Below are positions 1 to 12,285 of a stretch of DNA of 64,000 bases, one piece after another. The stretch is taken from positions 263,004,001-263,068,000 of the forward strand of contig OZ024743.1 of assembly GCA_964016885.1 (NCBI GenBank), in the 5' to 3' direction. Positions within the stretch are counted from its first letter, which is position 1, and each line of letters begins with the position of its first letter. Source of the DNA: Eledone cirrhosa. Its lineage: Eukaryota. The notes beneath the pieces were generated by a model. It searched no databases and was not told the DNA's origin. It saw nothing but the letters and a program-made list of their open reading frames with translations. The position numbers were made by a program, and so were the translations under genes.

Positions 1-1080
1 CAAAATTATCACCATCACTGCCATCAACATAATTATTACCACCAACACCACCACTGCCATCAACATAATTATTACCACCAACACCACCACTGCCATCAAC
101 ATAATTGCCACCACCAACACCACCACTGCCATCAACATAATTGCCAACACCACCACTGCCATCAACATAATTGCCAACACCACCACTGCCATCAACATAA
201 TTGCCACCACCAACACCACCACTGCCATCAACATAATTATTACCACCACCACCACCACTGCCATCAACATAATTATTACCACCAACACCACCACTGCCAT
301 CAACATAATTGCCACCACCAACACCACCACTGCCATCAACATAATTATTACCGCCAACACCACCACTGCCATCAACATAATTGCCACCACCAACACCACC
401 ACTGCCATCAACATAATTATTACCACCAACACCACCACTGCCATCAACATAATTGCCACCACCAACACCACCACTGCCATCAACAGAATTATTACCGCCA
501 ACACCACCACTGCCATCAACATAATTGCCACCACCAACACCACCACTGCCATCAACATAATTGCCACCACCAACACCACCACTGCCATCAACATAATTAT
601 TACCACCAACACCACCACTGCCATCAACATAATTGCCACCACCAACACCACCACTGCCATCAACATAATTACACCACCACCAACACCACCACTGCCATCA
701 ACATAATTATTACTGCCAACACCACCACTGCCATCAACATAATTATTACCACCAACACCACTACTGCCTTCAACAAAATTGCCACCAACACCACCACTGC
801 CAACACCACCACTGCCATCAACATAATTATTACCACCAACACCACCACTGCCATTAACATAATTATTACCACCAACACCACCACTGCCATTAACGAATTG
901 CCACCACCAACACCACCACTGCCATCAACATAATTGCTACCACCACCACTGCCATCAAGACAATTGCCATCACCAACACCACCACAGCCATCAACATAAC
1001 TATCACCACCACCACTATTACTATCAACCCAATTACCATCACCACTATTACTGACATCAACACAATTATCACCACCCACT
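1..1080. repeat. Minisatellite, 36-bp unit (CACCACTGCCATCAACATAATTATTACCACCAACAC) with 30-bp variants, degenerating to the right
   Basis: GCCATCAACAT recurs at 20, 56, 92, 128, 158 and onward. ORFs 669-1079 and 890-1075 are translations of the repeat. Confidence 0.95.
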
Positions 1081-1299
1081 ACTAATAGGTGACTATGCTC
1101 TCTTGTTATTTATACTTGGAAATATAATCATGATTATTTTTTTTCTCTTTAAGCATCTTTGTAAGTTGTTTTGTTTTTATAAATCCGGATATCCTCGTTT
1201 TATTCTTGAAACTACATCCAGGCCAGCTTTGCCTTTCATCCTTTTAAGGCCAACAAAACGTACCTGGCCTCGTGCCTTTGTTAGAAACTGATTGTTATT

Positions 1300-1480
1300 G
1301 AACGAAAGGCTTTGAAATATTTCTTTCTTACATTCTGAGTTCAAATCCTGCCAAGATCAATTTAGCCTTTCATCCTTTAAGGGTAGACAAAATAAAGTAC
1401 CAGTCAAGTACTGAGGTTGATTTAATCAACATTCCTCTGCACCAAAATGACTGGTCTTCTGTCTAAAGTAGAAATCATTA
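1300..1480 (+). mobile_element. Degenerate tRNA-derived SINE (octopus-type); further old copies at about 2060-2190 and 2530-2700
   Basis: Contains TTCTGAGTTCAAATCC (B-box-like) and CTTTCATCCTT...AAAATAAAGTACCAGT, shared with the younger copies. Confidence 0.7.
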
Positions 1481-1492
1481 TCATCACATTAA

Positions 1493-1682
1493 CCCTTTCA
1501 TTACCATATTTATAATGAAATACACTAAAATAATTATTTCATTATCAAGATAGTATTTGTAATATAATTTAACAAAAGGTTCTTATGTCAAATTATACTG
1601 GAAGATTTTAATGAAAATAGGAAACCTATGGTTTTGTTTTATAGAATCAGAGGTGGTTTTGAGTGGCTTGGTATCAAAAGGG
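1493..1682. mobile_element. piggyBac-like MITE
   Basis: TTAA|CCCTTTCATTACCA ... TGGTATCAAAAGGG|TTAA: imperfect terminal inverted repeats (TIRs) flanked by TTAA. Confidence 0.55.
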
Positions 1683-2814
1683 TTAAAAGGGGGTAGTTTG
1701 ACAGAATTGGTAGAGTAGGGGATAAAATACTTTCACTCTTCAGTATTTATATTATATATACTATTATATTTTCGCAGTAAAGGCTTTTTCTGACATAATG
1801 TCTCACATAATATTGAATCTGCGAGATTTTGATATTATTTATTTTGAGAATAATACCTTAACATAAGTATGAGAGGCCGGTTACAGCTGGTTTGAACAGA
1901 AAGAGGTGAGAGAATTCTGGTCAGATACAGCCGGTTTAAAGGCTAAAGGGTTAATGGTTGTAGTTTGACAGACTTGGTAGTATAGTGGATAAAATACTTT
2001 AATGGTAGTAGTTTGGTAGAGTAGGGGATAAAATACTTTGATGGCAGTAGATTAAGAAAATTGGTAGGGTAGGGGATAAAATACGATACAGTGTGTAGTT
2101 ACATCATTTTACATTCAGAGTTCAAATCTTGCTGGCATCTCGACTTTGGTTTTTGTTTTTCTGGGGTTGATAAAGTAAAATACCAGTCAATTAAAAAACT
2201 TGTGTATGTGTATATGAGTGTGTTAGAAACTACTACTACTACTATTACCACTATCGTCATATTGTTTGCTTCAGCTGGTGAGTTAATTATCTATCATTTC
2301 ATTAGCCATAGCCAGCTATTATATACTCACTAACTTCCACGTAACAGGTTGCCAACAAATCACTCCTTTAATATATACGTATAACTAGGACAAATACTTG
2401 ATCTTCCTCTCACTTACATGCCTTAAGCTTTCCCTGATTTTTCTCCGAATTTGCTGCCTCATACTTTTATAAACCAAGTTCTGATGATTTCAACATAATT
2501 TGTGTTGATATAAAAATTACAAAGTTGGATGATTGTCAGAATCAGAACGTCGGACAAAATGCAATACTTTGCAGTATATATTCCGACTCTTTATGTTCTA
2601 AGTATAAATCTCGCTGAGGTTAATTTTTGTCTTCATCCTTTGGGGTCGATAAAATAAAGTGTCGGTGAAGTACCAGGGTTGATTTAATTAACTAACCTCA
2701 CACCCACTTCGCTGGAAGTAAGTTGTTGTTTGTTACTGTTTAATCTCAGGTCATTCAACCCTGATTGAACAGACATCACACAAAGACACAAAATTCCATG
2801 CTAATCGGGCGTTG

Positions 2815-2882
2815 AGATGGACTTTGACAGTTTCGACCCCCTACCAATGGTACTGCTGGTCTACCCGGGCTCGTCAGCGTCT
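2815..2882 (-). ncRNA. Type I hammerhead ribozyme motif
   Basis: Minus strand: agacg CTGACGA gccc...gggtc GAA ACT gtcaa AGT C catct. Canonical core, GUC site, one stem I mismatch. Confidence 0.65.
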
Positions 2883-3339
2883 GACCAGTGGAGTAAGAGA
2901 AAAGAAAAACGGTAACTTATAGCAATTAAGCTATGACAAGTACATAGAAATTTACGTGACGACACGGAAGAGATATTGTGCTTTTATAGCATGAAAATCT
3001 CATGAGTGAAACAAAGGAAGGAAAAAAGGTAAGATATTGTTTTAAAAATGTGAGCCATTGAAATTAATAGCGGGAACGAGCGTTCGTCACAGATTAGTCA
3101 TGATAAAATTAGGAGGAAAAAAAAAAAGGACATGACAAGGTAAAACGAATATATATATATGTTTATCCCGGGTTCAATGGGGGGGGGGGGGTAATAAGGT
3201 ACTCAATACAAAACAGTATAAATATATATATATATGTTAAGTATTTCCGAAGAAAAAGCAAAGGAAGAGTGCTCTATGTATAATACAGAGCGATTTAATT
3301 AGTAAGTAAACAATTCAATTAGAAAAGTTATGATAACGT

Positions 3340-3405
3340 TTCATCCGATGAGTGAACTAAACGTATGTTAATATCGTCTAGGGTCCTGAAACCTTTGGTA
3401 ATGGA
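3340..3405 (+). ncRNA. Decayed hammerhead motif (U4C)
   Basis: ttcat CCGATGA ...long imperfect stem II... GAA ACC ttt GGT A atgga. Confidence 0.5.
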
Positions 3406-3603
3406 GTAGTTATATTGTTGTTTAATTTCTAATTATATATATATATATACATACATACATACACGCACACACACATATATATATGTTGGTATATCATCAA
3501 GATGCATTACAATATAAATGATGTTTGAAAACGTCATGTTATATATATATATATAATAAATGTAATCTGAGTTTTTCGAATATTAATAATCAATTCATTT
3601 GCA

Positions 3604-4148
3604 ATTATACAAACAACCCTCATTGTTAAAGCCATGTCAGTAGAATGAGTCCCTTATTCTTGCTCTTGTATTGGCATGTAAACAGAACTGCAGACACTAA
3701 TGTTTCAGAGTATTACCCTTCAATACAGTTCACTGTTCACCTGCCAACTGTCAGAGCTAGTGAAAATATATGATATTTTCTAAAATATACAGTGACTGAT
3801 CAGCCTGATTTGCATATTAGCAGACTGGCCAGTCAGTTTCCTGTATACGAGCGATAAATGGCCGGCTTTGCCACATTGAAAAAAAAAAACGGTGGATCTG
3901 CTAATATGCAGATGTTACTGATCAGCCAGTCTGCTAATATGCAAATCAGGCTGATCAGTCACTATATATTTTAGAAAATATCATATATTTTCACTAGCTC
4001 TGGCAGGTGAACAGTGAACTGTATTGAAGAAGGGTAATCACCCAGAAACATTAGTGTCTGCAGTTCTGTTTACATGCCAATACAAGAGCAAGAATAAGGG
4101 ACTCATTCTACTGACATGGCTTTAAAAATGAAGCTTGTTTGTATAATT
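3604..4148. mobile_element. Non-coding PLE/retrozyme-like element with about 225-bp inverted arms (3604-3829 and 3926-4148), each arm carrying an HHR remnant
   Basis: The arms are near-perfect reverse complements. The same family recurs at about 39700-40050 with an intact HHR. Confidence 0.8.
4016..4066 (+). ncRNA. Hammerhead motif with C3U; the mirror copy at 3685-3731 has a core deletion
   Basis: gaactgta TTGAAGA agggt aatc accca GAA ACA ttag TGT C tgcagttc. Confidence 0.65.
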
Positions 4149-4457
4149 CCAAGCGAATCGAATATTATTCTTTAATGAAATATATACAAGGAGGATTAAT
4201 CATTTTTTAAAAGGTAATATTTGAAGCTCTGGTTAAACTTTAATTAGTTACCTACCTAGCTATGTGTGATTACACAGTTTACAAATTATCTCCTGCGATT
4301 GTTTCATGTGTTTATTTTAAATATATATATATGACAATCAATTTCTAGTTGATATAAAATGCTCGGATCTATTCATTGGAATCTTTGAGCTTATTCTACG
4401 GTGTATATGGTGCATGTCTCGGACATGACTCCCTTAATTTAATTTAATTAATTTTGT

Positions 4458-4498
<41 letters not shown>

Positions 4499-4505
<7 letters not shown>

Positions 4506-4745
4506 GAAAACGAAAAATCAGTGATGCATCGGAACTCAATTTATTGTGTGTTACAATTGTCTCCCCGGCGAACAGCTCGAGGTGTGATCTGTGTGTGGAT
4601 CGACTTGATTCTGGATTCGCAGGTTCCTCGGACACGTCTATTGATTTCGGAGCATCCGAAATCAATAGTAACACACCGGGGAAACAATTGTAACACACAA
4701 TAAATTGAGTTCCGATACATCACTGATTTTTCGTTTTCCATTCTA
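4499..4745. mobile_element. Short inverted-arm element with a decayed HHR on the minus strand (4548-4635) and an HHR 3' half in the right arm
   Basis: Inverted arms of about 70 bp. Minus strand: gtgt CCGAGGA acctgcgaa...ttcgccggg GAG ACAATTGT A acac. The right arm retains GAAACAATTGTA. Confidence 0.6.
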
Positions 4746-4894
4746 TCATATTCTGCTCCGTAGGAGCATAGAGTGCTCGACCGGCATACCGCGTATGGAA
4801 GCATCTTAGCTACCATTAGAGAGAGAGAGACACACACACACACATAATTTAAAACAATGAAATAAAAAATCAAGTCATTAGAGATATACTTCAC

Positions 4895-5022
4895 TGCTTT
4901 ACGATCGTTTCTAGATGGTGATAATACATTGTATCTATACTCAGTTATTGATCTATGTAAGTTTACAAACTATCAGATAGAGAGAATATTTACTTGCATA
5001 TCACCAGCTGTTTTCAAAAGCA
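4895..5022 (-). ncRNA. Hammerhead with U3-A8 core and long stem II (mirror copy)
   Basis: Reverse complement of 5335-5466, with the same TTGAAAA core. Confidence 0.7.
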
Positions 5023-5334
5023 ATAATAATTTTATTCAATAATAATTTTACTCAGAACTAGTAGCATGTTAGTATCATGTCTTTATTTGGGGATAGTTGA
5101 AGAACTAACGAATCAAATTGTTTTTTTTTCATATGGTGTTAAGATGAAAAGTAATACACTCCTTCAACCATTCCTTTCAAAGGGTCATGACCGCAACTAA
5201 AGTGTATTACTTTTCATCTTAACACAATATGAAAAAAAAGAATTTGATTCGTTAGTTCTTCAACGACCTCCAAATAAGGACATGATACTAACATGCTACT
5301 AATTCTGAGTAAAATTATTATTGAATAAAATTAT

Positions 5335-5466
5335 TGCTTTTGAAAACAGCTGGTGATATGCATGTAAGTAAATATTCTCTCTATCTGATAGTTTGTAAAC
5401 TTACATAGATCAATAACTGAGTATAGATACAATGTATTATCACCATCTAGAAACGATCGTAAAGCA
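5335..5466 (+). ncRNA. Hammerhead with U3-A8 core (TTGAAAA), 79-nt loop II and palindromic stem III
   Basis: tgctt TTGAAAA cagctggtgata [79 nt] tatcaccatcta GAA ACGATCGT A aagca. Confidence 0.7.
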
Positions 5467-5649
5467 GTGAAGTATATCTCTAATGACTTGATTTTTTATT
5501 TCATTGTTTTAACTTATATCATGACTCTGTTTTCCTTTTAATGTTTTATTGTTTTCTGATATTTATCTTAACCTACAACATTTTCAACATATGGATTATA
5601 TCGAGTTCTTCATGCAGAATAGACCCCACAACTTACTGTGGATACCTCT

Positions 5650-5685
<36 letters not shown>

Positions 5686-6954
5686 GTTCATATGTTCATT
5701 AAGTATATATGATCTATGAATAGGTTATGAGTATATACATGTATGTGCAGTGTACAAGATGTATTTACAAGTAACAGAACTGAAATTAAAATAAAACAAT
5801 GTGACTAGGAACCTTCTAAACTGTAGGCCCATGCCAATAGCCTGTTTATATCTGCCATAAAAGCATTTAGCAATATCCTTAATTAGCAAGTGCATATAAA
5901 TTATATATCTCCAGAATAAAGTTTACTTTAAAAATTGTTATGCAGTTACCAATGCCTATTCAAAACATATTTCTCTAACCCTATCACAAACCCACTTTTA
6001 AACAAGAAAAGAAGGTTTAAGTATCTTTCACTTGTTTTTGATTGGTACTTTATTTATCGACCCAAAATGACTCAAAGCAAATTTTACCTCGGTGGGATTT
6101 GAACTCGCAGCACAGAGAACCAGAACAAATATAAAAGTATTAAATCCAATGCTCAAATGATTATGCTAATTTGCTGCATTAAAGGAGGGTGCTATGTAGA
6201 ATATGCTAAAAAAGTAACAACAGTAACTACTGAAGCTACAAAGCCCACAGACTCATTTGTTCTTTTATAGATTTTTAATTAATCAAATTGTTTGATCAGT
6301 TGTCTCTCTGTGACACACTTCATACATTGATATTGAGAGTATTCAGCATCAACAACTAAATACACGCCCACAAAGATACACACATACACACACAAGCACA
6401 TACACACATACACATAAAAGCACGCACACACACACACATGCACACATAAACGTACACACGTATCCACAAAGACACACGCACACACATACACACAAATATA
6501 CACTTACACACAAGCACATGCACATACACACACGCGCATATACAGGCGTACTCACTCCCACTCACACACATGTTAGAGAAGAAAAGATCGTTTTACAAAG
6601 TCGTGAGCAAATTCTAAATTTGATAGTATGTCCTCTTATTGTAAGCTACTAGAAAATAGTTTTGATTATTGAATAGTCAGATAAGTTGGGTATATAAACC
6701 TTCAAAGAGGTATAAAGGTGGACAGAGTTACTTCCGGGAATCGAGATCGTATCTGCAGTATGCCGGTGCGAGTTCGATTCCCATAGCCGCTTCTGTTCAT
6801 TTTTCACCTCTAGGAATATCTTATAGCGAAACCTGCGTTGTAGTGGCTTACAGTAAGCTAATACTTTCAATACACCCCATATATACACACACGCGTGTAT
6901 ATATATATATATATATATATATGCCAATGAAGACCATGAGTTTAATGTCTAAAG

Positions 6955-7155
6955 CAGGCATGTCAAACTGAGGGTCCCCCAAAGGCCACATGGATCACAT
7001 ATGTGTTGTGTGAGGGCCACACACGACAACTAATTGCACACATTACAACTATTTTTTCTCAATTTATATTACAAAGATAAAACATGCTCGCACTGTAAAG
7101 ATCTTTGTACGGGCTGCGGGTGTGCTTGTAAAGGGCCGCATGTTTGACATGCCTA
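6955..7155. mobile_element. hAT (Charlie-type) MITE
   Basis: TIRs CAGGCATGTCAAAC / GTTTGACATGCCTA. 8-bp target-site duplication (TSD) GTCTAAAG at 6947-6954 and 7156-7163. Confidence 0.9.
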
Positions 7156-7537
7156 GTCTAAAGTCTGTTTCAAGCCCAGAGGCTCATCAGACCGGTGCTT
7201 ATCCGTAGCGTTAAGTGACTAAGAGTACAAAACTTCCCCTGGACAGGACGTCAGTTTATGACAGAGCTAGAGCCCCAACTACTGCTGGTACACATTTTCA
7301 GCTGAGTATACTGGATCAACGTAAAATGCATATTCGAAAATTATTTCAACTCACCATTAATCGTCCATTTTCTTTTTGAAAATAAATATTTTACTCGAAA
7401 TCCCAAATCGAAGATAAATATTAAAAAAAAAACATTTATTTGTCACGACTTCTCCATTTTAATAAAATTAACAATTTCTAGAATGCATAACGCAAATATT
7501 TTCCAAAATTTCCTAAATTAATTAAACCTAAAATTTC

Positions 7538-7580
<43 letters not shown>

Positions 7581-7589
7581 ATATATATA

Positions 7590-8215
7590 TATGACCACCA
7601 CCAACATTGGATTCCACACCACCGGACACTTCTCCAGCCATCCACTCCATACCATGGCAAATATCCAACATCTCTTCTCACACTCGATGGAACTACCTCA
7701 GGAACTTACCCACAGACATACACTCACATTTTATTTCGCACACGCCACCCACATCCACACCACATATAAACACAAACACACACGTGCGTACACACTCAAC
7801 CTCTGGAATCCAGAACATGGAATCTCGTCCTTCTTCTCACACACACACTCACGTACACCTGCACACATACACAAACACCACCTTCAGCCTTCCCCGCCTC
7901 GATCCTCCGCCTCCCTCGCCCAACTCCACCCGCCACCACCCTTACACGCCTCACACCCTTCCACCACTTGCTCATCTTATTGTTAATTCCTATGTTTATT
8001 TTAACGTTTATTTTTATTTTTATTTTTATTTGTTCTCCTTCCCCCTTTTTTCTAAATGTATTTCCACACACCCTCGGAACTCTCTTCCTAACCTATATTT
8101 ATCCTGAAGAAGGGCTTATGCCCGAAACGTCCCCCACCCCACTCTCAAATTCGTGAACCTAATAAACCTTTATTTGTCTGCCTCTGTTTTGTTCCCGTCT
8201 AAATTTGCACTAATA
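7590..8215 (+). mobile_element. Probable PLE 3' remnant with a minimal HHR core at 8104-8131
   Basis: CTGAAGA agggc ttat gccc GAAACGTC; stem I is not recoverable. The upstream frame has HF..H and TLNLWNPEHGI, weakly like a GIY-YIG C-terminus. Bounded by (TA)n. Confidence 0.45.
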
Positions 8216-8624
8216 TATATACAGTTATGTTTGCGCTCTATTTTATATATGTATATATGTATATATACTACCAAAATTAGATTAAAGATGCCATGTCTGA
8301 GAATATCAGAAGCATGCGCCATACCACTTGTGGAATAAGCTCAAAGTAAATCCGAGCATTTATTAACATCAAATTACAGCGGGTAATTTGTAAAGAGTGT
8401 AACCACACATAGTTACGGAGGTAACATATTAATAATTAACAAGAACCTTGAATATATATATGCATTAATATATCTATCATCTTTAATAAACACCATAACA
8501 GCATTTGTAATCGAACAATCTGTCACTTGTGTCAATGTGTCTTCAATATATTGCTAAACTGATCTCTTTTGTGTAGTTAATAAGAGCTGAATTTCTAAAA
8601 TTTATCATAGAATTATTTATTATT

Positions 8625-8950
8625 CGGTGGATTGGCAGTATCGGTAGAGCGTCGGACAACATGCTTTGAGTATAGAATTATGGCCCTTTACGTTCTGAGT
8701 TCAAATCCTACCGTAGTTAGCTTTGCCTTTTATCCTTACGGGGTCGATAAAATAAAGTACCAGTAATGTACTGGGATAATTGCTGGCCATGTGCCAAAAA
8801 TGGAAACAATTATTATCATTATGATTAGTATATAGTTACTGCCCTTTACGTTCTCAGTTCAACTCCAACCAAGGTTAGCTTTGCCTTTCAGCCTTACGGG
8901 TCGATAAAATAAAGTAACGCACTGGGGTCGATTTAATCGACTTTCCTCTT
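8625..8950 (+). mobile_element. Two tandem tRNA-derived SINE copies
   Basis: CGGTGGATTGGCAGTATCGGTAGAG (A-box-like) ... GAGTTCAAATCC ... GGGGTCGATAAAATAAAGTACCAG. Confidence 0.85.
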
Positions 8951-9444
8951 GTTGTTTCAGGTGATATTTTAGCGTTTTGTCTGTCGAATAATATCTGACC
9001 TTTGGCGGATCATAGCAGTGGCGTGCTTTGCGATTCCAAGAATATATGTGCGGTTTTTCAACAGGATTTTACTGAATGGCCCTCAAGGATTAATGGGTTC
9101 CAAAAGATATACCTGGATGACTAGAAAGACAATCTGTCGCGACACTGAAGTAGTGGACGGAAAACCGTTTTAGAGGGCGGGTCGAGTAAAAAATGCAGGC
9201 GAAAGCGAATAAAAAAACATGATCATACAAGGTAGTGGAAGCATCTCATTTTAAAATTATTTTAATGTTTTTCATTATGAGTGTTTAAGCTAGAATAAAA
9301 TAAATGTTTGTTTTTTACCAGTGATATAAAGTATAACTAAAAGAGCAGACGTTTCTTAATACCACTGCATCGTTTAATTACATTGAAAAAAATATTTCTC
9401 TTCCAAATCCACAGAAGGCTCAGAATTCAACACAGAATAATTTA

Positions 9445-9666
9445 TATAAACATCGGGGCTTGACCAACCGCTTCCTTCTCGTACCGGTCATCGTCGAGAC
9501 CTCATGTGTTCTCGGCCGCCGCACTGCTGATTTCCTTCGTAAAATAGGAAAGACAGCAACCCGTTTGAGGAAGGAGCCCCGTGAGGTGGGTTGGCTGTTG
9601 CAGTGGGTGGCGCTGGCCATTTTCCACGGCAATACCTTAACCATTTTATCCGCGGGATGCAGCTGA
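9445..9666 (+). pseudogene. C-terminal fragment of a CRE-like non-LTR retroelement ORF
   Basis: FLLVPVIVETSCVLG...WLLQWVALAIFHGNTLTIL matches the P..ET.G..G / QR...A..RGN pattern at the end of REL-domain ORFs. Confidence 0.6.
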
Positions 9667-10123
9667 AACCCCGCTCTGACTGGAGTGTAGAGTCTGTTTT
9701 TTCCCCTCTCCCTTCCTTTCATTGCTTAATTCCTCTTTTCTTACTCTTTTTCTTGTTTTCTTTTCTTTTCTTTTCTTTCTTTTCTTATTGCACAGTTTTT
9801 TTCTTATTGCACAGTTTTTTTCTTATTGCACAGTTTTTTTTCCTACAGGATATTTTGTATTTTATTTTGTATTTTATTTTGTATTTTATTAAAGGATGTG
9901 GATAGACAAATAATTAGAAGAGTGAGTTATAACAGCATCAAAAGAACAGCATGATGGGAGAAAAGAACTAACAACTATAATTGGGGATATTTAAAGTCAT
10001 TCAAGACAAATGTTTTAGTCTCAATATATGTCACAAAGAAAACACTGTTCCGGTTTAATATTGGTTTGAATACATTTATGATGTAATCTATATAAGAATA
10101 TATATTTGTGAATAGCAGGATAT

Positions 10124-10298
10124 ATACAATTGATATATATATATATATATATATACACAATTGATATATATATATATATATATACAATTGATATATACAC
10201 AATTGATATATATATATATATATATATATACACAATTGATATATATATATATATATATATATACACAATTGATATATATATATATATATATACAATTG

Positions 10299-10329
<31 letters not shown>

Positions 10330-10331
10330 AT

Positions 10332-10372
<41 letters not shown>

Positions 10373-10401
10373 ATTGATATATATATATATATATATACAA
10401 T

Positions 10402-10456
<55 letters not shown>

Positions 10457-10458
10457 AT

Positions 10459-10533
<75 letters not shown>

Positions 10534-10535
10534 AT

Positions 10536-10594
<59 letters not shown>

Positions 10595-10596
10595 AT

Positions 10597-10635
<39 letters not shown>

Positions 10636-10681
10636 ATTGATATATATATATATATATATATACAATTGATATATATATATA
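10124..10681. repeat. Compound satellite [(TA)n CACAATTGA]n
   Basis: CAATTG punctuates variable (TA)n tracts more than 15 times. Confidence 0.95.
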
Positions 10682-10919
10682 CAGAGAGAGAGAGACAATG
10701 TTTTACCAGGAAACTGTCGCACTATCGTTTTTAGCATTTCCGTTAGCTTACATAATAGTAATCTAGCAGCCAGGCGGAAAAGGGCCCACTGTGCCACCAA
10801 GGAAACGCATTAATTTGCGTTTAATATTCAAAATAGTCTCAGTGTGTGACATTTAAAATACATTTATATGTAAGTTACGGTGAAAGAGATGAAGAGTCAA
10901 AGCTTAGCAATATAATAAT

Positions 10920-11365
10920 GGTTTCTGATTTAGGCACAGGGCCAGCAAATTTTGGAGGGAGAGGAAAGTCGATAAAACCGACCCCAGTGCGTAACTGATA
11001 CTTTATTTTATTGACCCCGTAAGGATGAAAGACAAAGCTAAGCTCGGTGGAATTTTAACTCAGAACGTAAAGGGCCGTAACTCTATGCTGCAAAGCATGT
11101 TGACTGACGTTCTACTGATACAGCCAATCCAGCTCCGCAATATATAATGATTTCTAGTATAGGCACAAGGCCAGTAATTTGAAGGAGAGGGGAAAGTCGA
11201 TTAAATCGACACCAGTGCATTACTGGTGCTTTATTTTATCGACACCGTAAGGATGAAAGGTAAAGTTAACCTCGGCGGGATTTGAACTAAGACAGTAAAG
11301 GGCCGTAACTCTATGCTGCAAAGCATGGTGTCCGACTCTCTACCGATACTGCCAATCCACCACCC
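10920..11365 (-). mobile_element. Two tandem SINE copies
   Basis: Reverse complement of the SINE consensus (…TTTATTTTATCGAC…GATACTGCCAATCCACC). Confidence 0.85.
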
Positions 11366-11425
11366 TCAGCTCCGCAATATATAATGAGGGCCAGTTAAAA
11401 GAAAAATAGAAAGAGAAAGAGTAAG

Positions 11426-11594
11426 CAGGGCTTAACTTAGTTGGTGCAGGGCCCAATTTAGGTGTTACATATATATTGCAATGTATTCCTACGTGTATTT
11501 AACGAGCAGTCAGTAGATTACTATAGCGTGGGGCCTCCAATTGGGCAGGACCTGATTGGGAGTTACTGGTTTTTATGGTTTTAGTCCAGCCCTG
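11426..11594. mobile_element. hAT-type MITE
   Basis: Termini CAGGGCT / AGCCCTG. 8-bp TSD AGAGTAAG at 11418-11425 and 11595-11602. Confidence 0.85.
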
Positions 11595-11961
11595 AGAGTA
11601 AGTATGCAGTACATTATGTATATGTGTGTATGGACCTGTAATTCCTATTCGAGTCGTAGGGGTGTAGCGAAAGCGTTCCAATGTTCTCAGATGTTCATTT
11701 TATTAATACACACTGACCTTTAACCTCACTCAGACTAACTGAAATACCAATTCTTTTGTTTGAGCTAACATTGTCGCCATTTAGATGTATGGCCTTTGTT
11801 TAAAAGGAAATTATCAAGGACAATATGTTTAACAACGCTTATAAATACAAGAGATTTTGACCACGGAAAACAGAGAGCCTATTTCTTCTTCCCGTTACAG
11901 AACAGAGTCGGCTTCTTTGCTCTGCAACACACACACAGCACAGTTTACCGAGTAGTCACAC

Positions 11962-12003
<42 letters not shown>

Positions 12004-12092
12004 CTGCTGTCTTAACATCAACACTACAGGTTAGTCCAATCCCTATTTTGGAATTCTACATTCGCACACACATTATCAACACACTTTAATTA

Positions 12093-12285
12093 GGGCGGTG
12101 GATTGGCAGTATCAGTAGAGGATCGGACGCCATGCTTTTCAGCATAGAGTTACGGCCCTTTACGATCTGAGTTCAAATCCCGCTGAGGTTAACTTTGCCT
12201 TTCATCCTTACGGGGTCGATAAAATAAAGTACCAGTAATGCACTGGGATAATTGCTGGCCTTGTGCCAAAAGAAGAAACAATCAT
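12093..12285 (+). mobile_element. Young tRNA-derived SINE; other copies near 6040, 18145, 19305, 39500, 46965, 47135, 52530, 56283, 56474 and 63750
   Basis: GGCGGTGGATTGGCAGTATC…GAGTTCAAATCCCG…GGGGTCGATAAAATAAAGTACCAGTAATGCACTGGG…GGCCTTGTGCCAAAAG. The copy at about 39500 has TSD CATAAGTTAATAAT. Confidence 0.9.

Larger units (their letters stand above)
4846..5655. mobile_element. Non-coding PLE/retrozyme-like element with about 315-bp inverted arms (4846-5160 and 5201-5515) and a 40-bp spacer
   Basis: Direct reverse-complement match. It ends in (CA)n on the left and (TA)n on the right, and has a homolog at about 45720-46040. Confidence 0.85.

Noticed and set aside
7160-7195. CTGATGA-gcc/ggc-ttGAAA on the minus strand
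   Set aside because: Two extra bases precede GAAA and there is no stem I or stem III pairing; likely chance.
12093-12190. tRNA gene
   Set aside because: It has A and B boxes but continues into the SINE body and is multi-copy with TSDs, so it is a SINE head.
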